DNA of 63,753 nucleotides, filler included, from Klebsormidium nitens (taxonomy: Eukaryota > Plantae > Klebsormidiophyceae), in assembly GCA_000708835.1 (NCBI GenBank). It is 4 parts of 4 records of this genome, joined end to end, with 100 filler letters (N's around TTAATTAATTAA, not from the genome) between each part and the next. Parts side by side here need not be neighbours in the genome. Positions count along the whole stretch, not along the records: positions 43,331 to 59,559 come from DF238002.1; positions 59,660 to 63,753 come from DF238531.1; 2 more parts are not named here. One strand, given 5' to 3'. Every line of letters begins with the position of its first letter. Position 1 is the stretch's first letter. A program made the position numbers and the translations under genes. A model generated the notes under the pieces. The model did not search any database, was not told the DNA's origin, and saw only the letters and a program-made list of their open reading frames with translations. This document shows positions 53,130 to 63,753 of this stretch, in pieces.

Positions 53130-56100
53130 TTACGCCCCGTCCTTCCCTCGCCGCTGCTTCAACGCCTCCAGCACCGCCGAGAAGTCCTGATCCCCCAGGC
53201 CCGCCTCCCGGGCTTTCTCATAGAGCGCGTTGGCGGCCGCGGCGACTGGGAGCGGCTGCCCGACCGCCTCCGCGAGCTCGAGTGCCAGCCGGAGGTCCTG
53301 TACAAGCAGCATTTCAGAAATTTCAGCGTGGCCTGACGAAATCCTGAGAAAACTTTCAGTCCAAAGGTGGAAGATACTGTATATCGACGGGCTGACTTTC
53401 GAAGCTCTTACAAGTCTGGGAATTTTCCACGTTCGAAATCGCTGGACTTCTGAAGAGAGGAGGGATCGCAATGCGGTCTGAAACTAATCTCGTATGCGAA
53501 CAGGCTTGAAAGATCTGTGAGCATCGTGAGTCGGAAGCTCGTTAGCGTCAGCTTTCTTCCCACGCACGTCTTCTTTTGTGGTGAAGCCAAAGTCCGAATA
53601 CTTTGAGAGCAGACTCACGGAGACCCAAAGCGCACAAAACTTCCACGAGGGGAGTCACCAAGTTCGAAACAGGCCCGTTGAGGGCCGCAGAAGCCGTGCT
53701 GAAGATTGTTTTTGATACAAGAAGCATCCGCAAAGCAGCAGGGGTTACCTTTTGTTGGTGCTTGAGCGGAAAGGCGGGGCTGTAGGAGCCCTTGAGCATG
53801 GTGGGGCCCTTCATGCTGTACAGCGGAGCGTTGATGGCGCCCAGCAAAACAACCTGCGCCGAGTAACACATAAACTCAAGCGCCCCCAAAATGTTTCTCA
53901 GTGGGGAAGTCTGCTCACGCAGCAACAGCCCAGCTGACGCCACTTTGCGACATGGCAATGGGTGTACACGCGGAGCAAGCTCGTCTTACCTAAGGAGGAC
54001 CTTGGTTCTTAAAGAGGGCGTCAGATTTTCCAAGGGCACTAGTGGCATCTGAGTCATGAGGGAAAATGTCATCGGACGGACTATAATGCATCTTGAAATA
54101 TTGGCTCAGCGACCAATTTGCCCATATTCGTGGTTTATGGTCGCCGAGGCGTGACGGGTCCCAGGACGCCCTCTTTAAGGGGATATTGAATGGAGCGCGG
54201 TTAGAGGCTGGTCTTCTCCTGCGCACCGAATATGAGCCCTTCCTCGGAACTACCACGAAGCAGATCACGAGACATGAGCAAAGTGGTAAAAGAGAAGGCT
54301 GAGGTGCAAATGGCCGGGAGGCGGAGTGAAATTGACCTCCAGAATGGTTTCTGGGCTGAGGCCCGCAGCCTGGCCCAGTAGAAGCCCCTCCGAGAACGAG
54401 GCCAGCATGCTGCAGGAGGAAAATGAGCAGAGATTGTCGGTTGTGGCCGGATTGAGGTGCGGGATGTGGTAGACTCGGAACGTTCGAATAGGACTCCGTA
54501 GCGCAGGTGGTGTTCGACCTCCTCTTTGTAGTTTAAGGGGAAGGGAGAGGTAGACTACGCGCAGGGGGATCTGGAAGGATGCTGTGTCCAGGTAGGGCTC
54601 TTTTGGAACGACCTTTGCTCTGCTTCCTGATCCTATCGTTATCTGCTCGTTTGAAAAAGAAGCTAGCAGTGTCCTACTCTTTTACCTGGCTCAGGGTATT
54701 GCCTATGTTTAAAAGATTCAATTTGCATTTCCCTTTCGATACTTAGCAGATCTGGTGGAAGGACATTTTCCATCAGAAAACGGCACCAATCAGTACGCAA
54801 GGAAGACAACCTCGGTGAAAGGCTGGCACAATATGGAGTCGAAGGACAAGGCGTTCGTCAGCACAGCCAAGACACGCACCTGCCCATGACCATGTTGACC
54901 ACTAGCTTCATGTTGGCCCCTTGCCCAACGTCTCCCAAGAAAAACTTAGCCTGGATCAGGACACCACAAGTTTCTGGTCAGCTGCTTTGTTTCTGCTCAA
55001 TTTGCACAACTTCCGGGGGAAGTCCACTGTGATCAATTGACGGACGAAGCTCGAGAAAGAGCGTCAGAGAGCGTCAAAGAGCGTCAAGAGCGTTATTGGA
55101 TCCAGTCTGGCCTGCCAAAGCGCCACCTGTTCCCTAACGAGCTTTCCTGAGGTAGGTGACAAGGGCTCCAATGATTACTTACTCAAAAAAGTAAAAGGGC
55201 AAGGGGTAACGTCAGCATGGAGCAAAGGCAGGCACCCAACGACGTAAGGGCTTGACCTTTGGGCGACTTTGCAGCAGAGAGGGCGCGAACTCGTCGCGAC
55301 TTTGCAGCAAAGAGAGCGGAGATACATTCTTCGCTTTTCGCTCCTGGAGACGTGCGAAGTTCAGAGGAGGCGCCTTCCTGAAACCCAACCTTTCGGAGAA
55401 TGGCTGCATTTCACGCTGACGTGTCTCCATTGCTGCGTCGCGCGCATATTTGTCGCATCGCCTCACCTTACCCATGACGTCGAACGCTGCGCTGGCACGG
55501 TCGAAGAGCGCCTTGTCCCCTGCACTTGCAAGGAAGGGCGGTCAAAATCGACGTACGAATGCACGAAATCCTCAGTAACAATAGCCCGTCTTTCCATTTT
55601 GAGAGCCGGAGGCCTTACATCTCCAATCCTTCCACTCTGGTTTCAACGGATGGCTTCGAGGTTGCCGTATAATCCGTGGCTTCTAACTGTAGGGTCTGGC
55701 TTTGGGCACTTGACTATTTCTATCTGCTTTTCGTTATGAAGGATATTTCTAGACCAACTGTTGCAGGATGTTAACTCCAACCATTAGCCGATGCTTCAAT
55801 GATCTGTTGCACTGTCAGTTCGATTCTACCGGAGCATATTTGCGCAACAACTTGCCGGCCTATAATCACTTTGCCATTTCCACAGCAAAGGTGGAGCGCT
55901 CACCTGCCGTCAGAAAGATGAGAGTCCCGTCTTCGGCAGGCTTCTTCGAGCCGGATACGGGGGCCTGAAGCAGGAAAACACGTTCAAGGCAAAGATTTCA
56001 GGGTGTTGTTCTGATGTTCCACAGTTCCAAGAGGTTTCTCTTCCCAGTGCTCCACCTGCCCTCGCCTTTTTCGTCAGGGACCGTGTTCGTCTCGACCTTT

Positions 56101-59100
56101 CAACTTCTGAATCGTCTCTTGATAACTGCTGAATGTTCAAAAAGGTTCGCAGCTTCGTTCTTACCTTTTATATTCTTCCCTCGGTCGGCGCAAGCCTCGG
56201 AGCGCAATGCGCTCATAACAACGTCGAACAATAAAACCCGAAAGAGTATGTATTGAAGGCGACCCGGCCATCCAGGTCGCCACGAGTACGTGGAATTGAT
56301 ACAAAGTGATGCCATCAACGTCGTGCTTAGAGTATTGTAGTGGCTTCGTTTTCAAAACACAGGCCGCTCTGTGGCGGACCCCTTTGCTGCCAGTGTCTAA
56401 GTTTATGTTGAAGTGATAGCAATGCATAGTCCCTTTTCTGGAAGCTCTGAAGGCCTACACTTACGACAAAGTGCGCCAAAGAACGAATATAAGCGGAGGT
56501 CGAATCTGAAGACGCATGATGTTGCAGGCTTACAGAATAGAAGTAGGCCAAAGGCGCTTTCGCACACGCTAAGTGTGAGGCGACCCGCAAAGCCTCCTCA
56601 CCTCCAAAAACTGACCCCCAGCTTTCCTGACAGCTTCCGCAATCTGCCGCGCTGTGTCGCCGTCCACTGTTGAAACGTCGACGTACCTGCATGCGAGATG
56701 AGGTTGGGGGTAAAATACTGGGTTAATTATGAGTTAATGATTTAGAATTACAGTCCTCGCTCAGACGAAAGAGATAATATCGGATGTAATCCTTCATAAA
56801 TGGCTGTCGCATTGTCGGCTGCTGACGTCGACAACAGCTGGAACGGCACGATCTGAACGCAGGTGGCTCATTCACGACTCCTCGCACGTTTAGTTGGAAT
56901 TTAGAATCTTCAAAACGAGGAGAGTTGACCTAAGACGTCGCCTTCATCAGACCAGTCCAATGCATTGATGGAGTCATCGAAGGGTTTAACGAGCTGACAG
57001 GGCGTCAGTGCACTTCGGGCAAGCAAACACTATTCAGCTGACCAGCTTACCGAGACCCCAAATGATGGTCCAGGAATGCATGCAAGCAGATAAGCTCGCT
57101 CAAGAGGAGCTTTTGCAGCACTGCTTTCAGTCTAGCACAAAAAGAAAGGCAAAAGGAACACGGTTGAATGATAAAGAAGAAGAGAACCGGGAGCAACCTG
57201 GGATCGTGTTGCGATAACTCACCCTTTTCCAGCACTGACTCCGGCGACGGCTCCGTCCTCTCCGAGAGCAGCGCTAAGCTGCAAAAACGTGCACACAGCT
57301 GCTGAAATTCTACGACCTTCTTTGAGGCATCTGATCACTAGGCCATAGTCCTAGCGTTGACTTTGCCTAAATCGAGTCTGCCGATTGCAGGACGATTTGG
57401 GAGGTTCAAATGAAAAGCATGGCCCTTGAAGCCGTTGTTAGGCTTGAGAAACCTTTGCTCGCATCTATCTGAGACACGCGTACTTCTGGAGAACTCTTCT
57501 CGTTCTTAGAGAGAACTACAGAATACTGATGTTCATATGCCTCAAGAAGGAGGGTCAGGAGGAGCAATTAAGTGACATCATAATCAGAGCTTTTCGAAGT
57601 GCGAAGGCAGGGACAGAATCTGACAGACAAGCGAATGTGTGCATGAACGTCTTACCGCAGCTGCAGGGTCCGCCAGCATGGCAAACGTGATGTCGCAGTC
57701 GCGCACGACTTGCGCGGGGGTCTTGCCAAGCCTGTGGGCAAGTAAAAGTTCTTATGTCGGCTTATGACGCGTCAATCATCACACTCTTAGAGAAAACAAT
57801 ACCTGTTTTGTGCATACTGTGCAACTTCAATGTGGCTTTAGACAATAAAGCAGTTTGAAGAAAGTTTGCGCGAAGTTTCAATATAGTACTCAGAAGCCAG
57901 TCTGGCCTGACTAAGACTCCGCGCCTACCTTGCCCCTTCCTGCACCATGCCCTCTGCTTTGCTGAGTGTCCGGTTCCAGACGGTGACGTCGTACCTGAAG
58001 ATGAACAAGATATGTAGTGTGAATGACAGGATGAACGTTGTAAGGGGATTTCTATTGCGCCATACTTTTTGACCTTCCTATAGCAACATGTCTATGCCTT
58101 ATCGACTGGAAGTTCCTGCTCTGATGTCCTGTGATGGGAGAAGTCCTGTGGCAGATACAGAACGACAACCGACAAACTTCAGTACCCATGCTGTTATCGT
58201 TTGACTTAAAATGCTGGCACCATTGCTAAAGAACATCTGGTAGATGATTGGACCAAATCAAGGAAGGGGTATTAAGTAAGAAGGGGATTGAGTTGTTCAT
58301 GAAGATCTGGAGTGGTGCAGAGAGTGCTTTCAAATCTATTATATATGACAAGCAAAGCGCACCTGCAGATTCAACATGCATTAAGTCTTGCTCAAGACAA
58401 GGAACAAGAGTTGAGAGCAGTTGAGAATCACACGAGCCTGTCGTTTAAGATGCCAGAATGAAGAGTCACAGAAGATGACACAATGCAGATCCTCACCCTC
58501 AAGTCCAGGTGAGAGCAACAACAACAGGCTCACCCTGCTTTCAGAAGGTTGCGAGTCATGGCGGTACCCATGATCCCCAGGCCCAGCCATCCTATTGACG
58601 GCTTCTTCTCAGCACCTTCTGCAGCACCTGCAGTCAAGCACAATTCCTGGCTCTCCTAGCCGCTGCAATTACCTGAGGCCCCTGATTGTCGACTGAATGT
58701 CGCATGCTGCCAAGCCTTAAAGCAGGTGCACCATTTGGGGCGGCGTTGCTTATCACTCTGATCAGTTCAAAGTGGCACTGATCCAGGGCAGATGCTGTCA
58801 ACACTTTCTATCGAGACGCGCAAGTGAGCAATGGCAGCTTGACATCCGCTGAGAGGGAACTGCGCGGTGCCTACAAAGCTTCTCACCTGCACCACCACCA
58901 CCTGATCACAGTGTTGCTGACATTGTCAATCTTTATATCTATCAGGCTGACCGACTGCATATGCATCTAAATTGCCTGCTTTCTGCCTCTGGGTCAGCTG
59001 CACGACCACCACCTGATCATAGTGTTGATTGCAGTTGTAGTTTCCAAATGCAGATCAGAATGGAGCAGCTGAGTATGGCCGTTATGCCTTGAACCCAGCA

Positions 59101-59525
59101 AGCTTTTTGAAAAGGCCTGCTGAAGATCGACCATCGAGGGAGTCAAAAAGTGAGAGTCAGATCTTAATGTGCTACAGCAACAGTACATCAGGCAGAAACC
59201 AACCTTTCGCATCTGTGGACATTGCCCTGCACCCTTCAACAACTTTGCGGCCGGGCCTTGCAACCCCATAGGAAGCACCGCTCTTCTTGTGAGCTTCAGT
59301 CAGCTTGTGATTGGTCACAAAGCTGCCCGCCTCACAGACTCTGACTGATCTATCGTCTGTGTGCGTTGCAATTGCCTCGTGCACCTTCAGCGAACTGCAA
59401 TGCCGAAACGCGTTGGCCCAGGGGAGGGAACCTGCGCTTCTGCAAGTGCTTTTGACAACCACATTATGGCTCAAGGCTGTTGAAAGCCGCAGGCTGGCGA
59501 CGGCGCTGCTCAAGCAGGGCGCCAT
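53130..59525 (-). CDS. GLYR2: Glyoxylate/succinic semialdehyde reductase, organellar, 12 exons, 409 aa
   Basis: Exons (-) 59525-59204, 58627-58534, 57994-57929, 57731-57656, 57278-57223, 56686-56602, 55964-55904, 55519-55467, 54950-54880, 54409-54337, 53853-53749, 53297-53130 total 1230 nt. Ser/Ala/Arg-rich transit peptide, GWLGLGIMG, VWNRT, FAMLADP, YVDVSTVD, EAPVSGSKKPAEDG, MKLVVNMVMG, AFPLKHQQKDLRLAL, DFSAV. Confidence 0.96.
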
Positions 59526-59559
59526 TGTTATCCTCCTCCTGAACTCAAGTTGAGCTGCC

Positions 59560-59659
59560 NNNNNNNNNNNNNNNNNNNNNNNNNNNNNNNNNNNNNNNNN
59601 NNNTTAATTAATTAANNNNNNNNNNNNNNNNNNNNNNNNNNNNNNNNNNNNNNNNNNNN
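59560..59659. other. Artificial assembly spacer
   Basis: 44 N + TTAATTAATTAA (59604-59615) + 44 N. Confidence 0.95.
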
Positions 59660-60014
59660 TCCATATACATTGTGTGAACTTGATTGATTGAATATCACTT
59701 CCAACAACGCTGTGTTTCAACAAGAAGGGCTCTTTGAAGCGCTTTGTAGTTTCTAAAAAGCTCACTTCAAGCTTCGTACATAAGCATTTCTATTAACAAA
59801 AAACTATTTTTAGGCATTTCTTTCAAGCAAACAACCATGGCTTCACTCAATTTTCAACGCACCACAATTATTTTCCCAAAATCTCAAGGCTCACAAACGA
59901 CTTCTCCAGTCTCTTTCCAACCTCACTACCTCTATCAAACTCTTGAACGTCAAGATCGCGCCCTTCTCCCTCCAACTTTTACAACAAAACAGTGGAGGAC
60001 TCCTATAACGAGAT

Positions 60015-60500
60015 GCATGGTGGACATCCACACGCCGGCACCCTTGAAGCCAAAGTACCCGCCGCCGGGTGCGCCTGCCGCAAGAACGACTCTCCCCTAC
60101 ACCAACAATGCCAAGTTCAACGTCAAGATCCTCCTCTACCACCTGGGAAAGCCGACAACAATCCGGATGGAGCCCCCCAACATCTGCCATTTACACCGTC
60201 AAGTGGTTCCTCAACAACATGTGCGACTACTACATGACGTATTTCCGATTTTGCTGACGTTGTCATTGACAGGGACTACTCGCTTCTCACAAACTTCCTC
60301 GTGTGCATCCTTCAACTGGCCATCCACGCCAACATGCAACAAAAAGCAGCACAACCCCTACAAACAAACTCGCCAAGGCTGCTGGCTACATCGAAAGGCA
60401 GCTCGTGCTCGATAACTTGGTGGCTGCCGTGCGAGCAAGACACCTTAATTCCAAGGACAAGTACACGGGATTTGAGAAGCCTAAATTCCCTCAAAGATAA
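60015..60500 (+). pseudogene. Multiply frameshifted intronless gene of unknown function
   Basis: Successive segments with strong C-ending codon bias in alternating frames: YTNNAKFNVKILLYHLGK / SAIYTVKWFLNNMCDYYMTYFRF / ADVVIDRDYSLLTNFLVCILQLAIHAN / NKLAKAAGYIERQLVLDNLVAAVRARHLNSKDKYTGFEKPKFPQR*. Confidence 0.5.
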
Positions 60501-63500
60501 AAAATAATGTTGACTTTTCAAGCCAACTGATCTAAACAAAAACTTGATTTTTCTAATACCACCAGATGTGAACACGTATCACTCTGCAAACCTCGACGTG
60601 CCGTTCAAATATGCATTTTAGAAAAGAAAAGGATCCGATCTTTGCCGCAAGAAAGATTTCATTGCATTCTGCTATACGATGTTCACAGAAGTCAAAATAT
60701 TTGCTCACCTGAACTTTGGAAATTCTTAGTCGCACGCGCAAAAATACGAATACTTGTCAGATCTCCCAACATCCAGCCCCTCGCTGCCATGCGCGTAGAG
60801 ATCATCAAGCAAAAGTAAGCAATGTGCTGACCCCGAAAGTCGCCCAATAGACCTTTCTCATTTGCTTTGACCAGTATGGGATTTGAATCATGATTTACGC
60901 TCCAGCTTTGGTCTTACTTGTTGGTTAAGATTGTTAATTTACCTTCCAAAGATCAAATTCTCTACCCTGGTTTTCCATTTATCTGAAAGATATTCTTGTT
61001 GGAATCCCTTGACCTGATTGCTGTCCCGCTCGCCACTCTCTGCCTTTTCTCCATTACTAGCGTGTCCCTTTCCTTATTCCACTCCGACGCTGAAGCTCCA
61101 CCCCTTGCTACGTGACTTCTGCTGTAATGCACCTGTTTGGCAGCAAACTTGTTGGTGACACTATTGAGAATCTCGATCAAAAGGATTTTTCCGGCCTGCA
61201 CATAAAACTTTATCAGTTTTGCTTGATGAATAATTCTTCACCAACTAGGTTTTAATGGCCTTGTGCGTCTCACTCTTAGGCTGATGATACGCCTTTTTCT
61301 TCCCCCACGCTACCACAACCCCATATGATATCTTCAGCAGACTTATCCAAGTACTTCTAGACTCTTCGAACTAACTCTTCTTTCTTTCCCCTCAGATTTG
61401 CTTTTTTGCCCTTAAATTCTCTGTGAGCTAAGCCATGTTAATGATCTTAAGTCACGAGCAGTTCGTGCGTCTTCGACACTGCCGAGCACATCCTTTTTAG
61501 CCCAAGATCCTCCCTGAACTTGGACACTGAAAACTTGGTTTTTTAATGGTACATGTCCTTTTGGCTGCTAATGCCAACCTCTTTCAAAACCGGGTCAACA
61601 GCCGATTCATCCTTATGCACAATTTCCATCAGATTTAAATTTCTACCCAGACAATCTTCCAAAGCCATCTTACACACGCATTCTCTATTTTTCAAGTGCT
61701 ATCTGTCCGGACTTTGGTCAGGGTGACCACATGCAAGATCTTTTCACATCTTTAATCTATGACAAGCACTGTGTGTCACCGAAGCCGTCACGACCAGAGT
61801 CAAACCCTGCATCCATGTAGACTATTTTCTTGCTCCCCATCTAACCTCAATGACCACAGCACGCGCTTCAGCTCGATCAATGTGAGCCACTTTCTACAAC
61901 GGCTTCAATCCATCCTTTTGGTGTGTCATTGCCCATTTGGAGGTCGTAGAAGGACCCGTGAGAAGAGGCAACTTCAACCCATTTCCTTGCAGAACTTGCC
62001 ATCCTCCAGTGAAACCCCTTTCCGTATAAAGCATAGAATAGTAAGCTTGCAGAACTGTTCCAACGACATTTGATGTAAAGCTTCTCTGCTGACTTCCAAA
62101 CTGCTAAATGATCATTGTCACACCTTAGATACATCATGATGATCTGAGCATTGAGGCAACTCTTTCACAGAGCATCCGTGTGCCACAGTTCCGGGCTTGA
62201 CCAAGGCCTGACAGAGGGGGGATAAAGTACGATGAACTCCTCGACCTTTTCTACTTAACCAAGAAAACACTTTGGCTTGATCTTTAGCTTTGGCTCAGGT
62301 TGGACCATCTCTTTTGGCACCTCCTCTGTTAAGCAATGTTGACCATCCGGATCATTCTCAGAAAGCCAAGCTCCTCATCAAATATAGTCTGCTCCTTCTT
62401 CCTCAAAGTTAACAGTATTCGAAAATTACCCTATTTCACTCGGCATTGCCAAAAAGCCAGGGACATTGTTCTCGGCCAAAACCCCCTTCGTAGACACATT
62501 TTTCCGTACTAGCAAGAACTCAGTCAGACTATTGAGCAAGCTCTCAACCTTTCCTTGCAACCAGCCAGCAAGCATTGAACAGGAAATGAGCCACATATCT
62601 GCTTTTTTTGGTACGTCGCTTCCATTATTAGAAGGCAATATGGGCCTGCCAAATTGTTCTTCTTGCCAAGAGCTGCTACCAATTGGAGGATGAGCAGCTA
62701 TGGCATGTTGTGCACCCTTGATTAAGCAAGTTCTTCTTTGTACACCCTTACAATGCAGTGCAGGAGCAGCATGTGGAAGAGCACCTTGCTGGCTTGTGGA
62801 GGAAGAGAGGCTTTGCATCGGATCTGATCGCTTTTCGCACAATCAGAAACAGCTGGGGCATGTACGAAGGTCCTCCCCTGTAATGAGGGCCCTACTTTGA
62901 CTGATGGCACCATGAACAAAGGCCTTGAGAACGCTAAAGCTGCCAGAGGGACACGTTGAGAAGAGAGGGTGTTGCTCTATGTGGAGCTTGTGCAATGCCT
63001 TCTTTGTGCACAGAGGCTTGTTTCTGCGGCAATAACGTGGTTTAATCAGCCAATGAGATGGGGCATGGCTGAATTGAGCCAGATGCGGTATGCAACGCAT
63101 GAAATACCCTTCCAGAGACCCCTTCCCACCCTTCATAGAAGCAAAAAGCAGCACACAGGCTTGCGTCAGGCGGCCGCCACGCCTACCTTTCGCGAACCTG
63201 CGAAAGATTGTTGTGGCATTCCTGATTACCAGATATATTTGTACTACGAGTGGTGGTTCAATGTGGTCCAAATTGAGCCAATCTGGACCACCTTGGGATA
63301 TGCATCCTGCCTTCAATAACGATTGATAGAACTCCATGTTAACTCGCGAATGGTACTGTCGATAATCGGATTTCAAGCTAAATCGAACGGCTACAATTAA
63401 CATAGGATAGTAGAGCTTACTTAGCCAGGCTAGTAATCCCTTAACCCAACATGTTATCAACAAGATTCTCTTAAAATTGTATATCGCAATATAATGTTTT

Positions 63501-63753
63501 TGATCACTATTGTCTTATGGGTTTCTCCCCACGAGACATCTACGGTGCTTTCTTTGATCCTCGTGAATTGCGGCAATTTAGGAGGGTCGGTACGGGGTCC
63601 GTCCTGGGACCGCCCACGCAAGATCCAAATCAATACAATTTTCGCAAGAGGATTGTTGAGATTCATCTTGTAGGGGACTAGAATTGTGGGGTTTCACTCG
63701 TCATCGGGTCTTATCGTAGTTGCCCGGTGCTCATGCTCATCACACGTTGATGG

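Noticed and set aside
31521-59659. TTAATTAATTAA repeated three times inside N runs, and biological linkage across them (e.g. virus next to gypsy, gypsy next to transposase)
   Set aside because: Identical 44N-12-44N six-frame-stop linkers are assembly constructs. Order and adjacency across them are not evidence.
61400-63463. Minus-strand ORFs 62426-62842 and 62843-63463
   Set aside because: No recognisable domain or splice-consistent model; could be decayed coding DNA but unsupported.

Overview
Eukaryotic, intron-rich (GT-AG) nuclear DNA of a green plant lineage; the two host genes suggest a streptophyte alga such as Klebsormidium (inference). Three 100-nt N-spacers carrying TTAATTAATTAA (31521-31620, 43231-43330, 59560-59659) split the window into four blocks whose adjacency may be artificial. 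Two complete host genes could be hand-spliced: an 8-exon LHCII apoprotein (19035-23358, +) and a 12-exon organellar glyoxylate/succinic-semialdehyde reductase GLYR2 (53130-59525, -). A ~2.7-kb intronless giant-virus (Nucleocytoviricota) fragment at ~28745-31428 carries a Bro-N fragment, a protein kinase and a major capsid protein; the kinase and capsid genes are each broken by a single homopolymer-length indel. A decayed Ty3/gypsy element (32018-~41230) has an extra ORF after pol and is followed by a second gypsy remnant. An 11-exon, apparently intact DDE-transposase-like (DUF6729-like) gene with a coding minisatellite lies at 43877-51158. The first 17.6 kb, where no known protein is recognisable, is an array of at least 7 diverged copies of an unknown 1.5-2 kb unit, each headed by a conserved module with ABRE-like and TGACG motifs. 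All exon calls and alignments were made by eye; no database searches were run.
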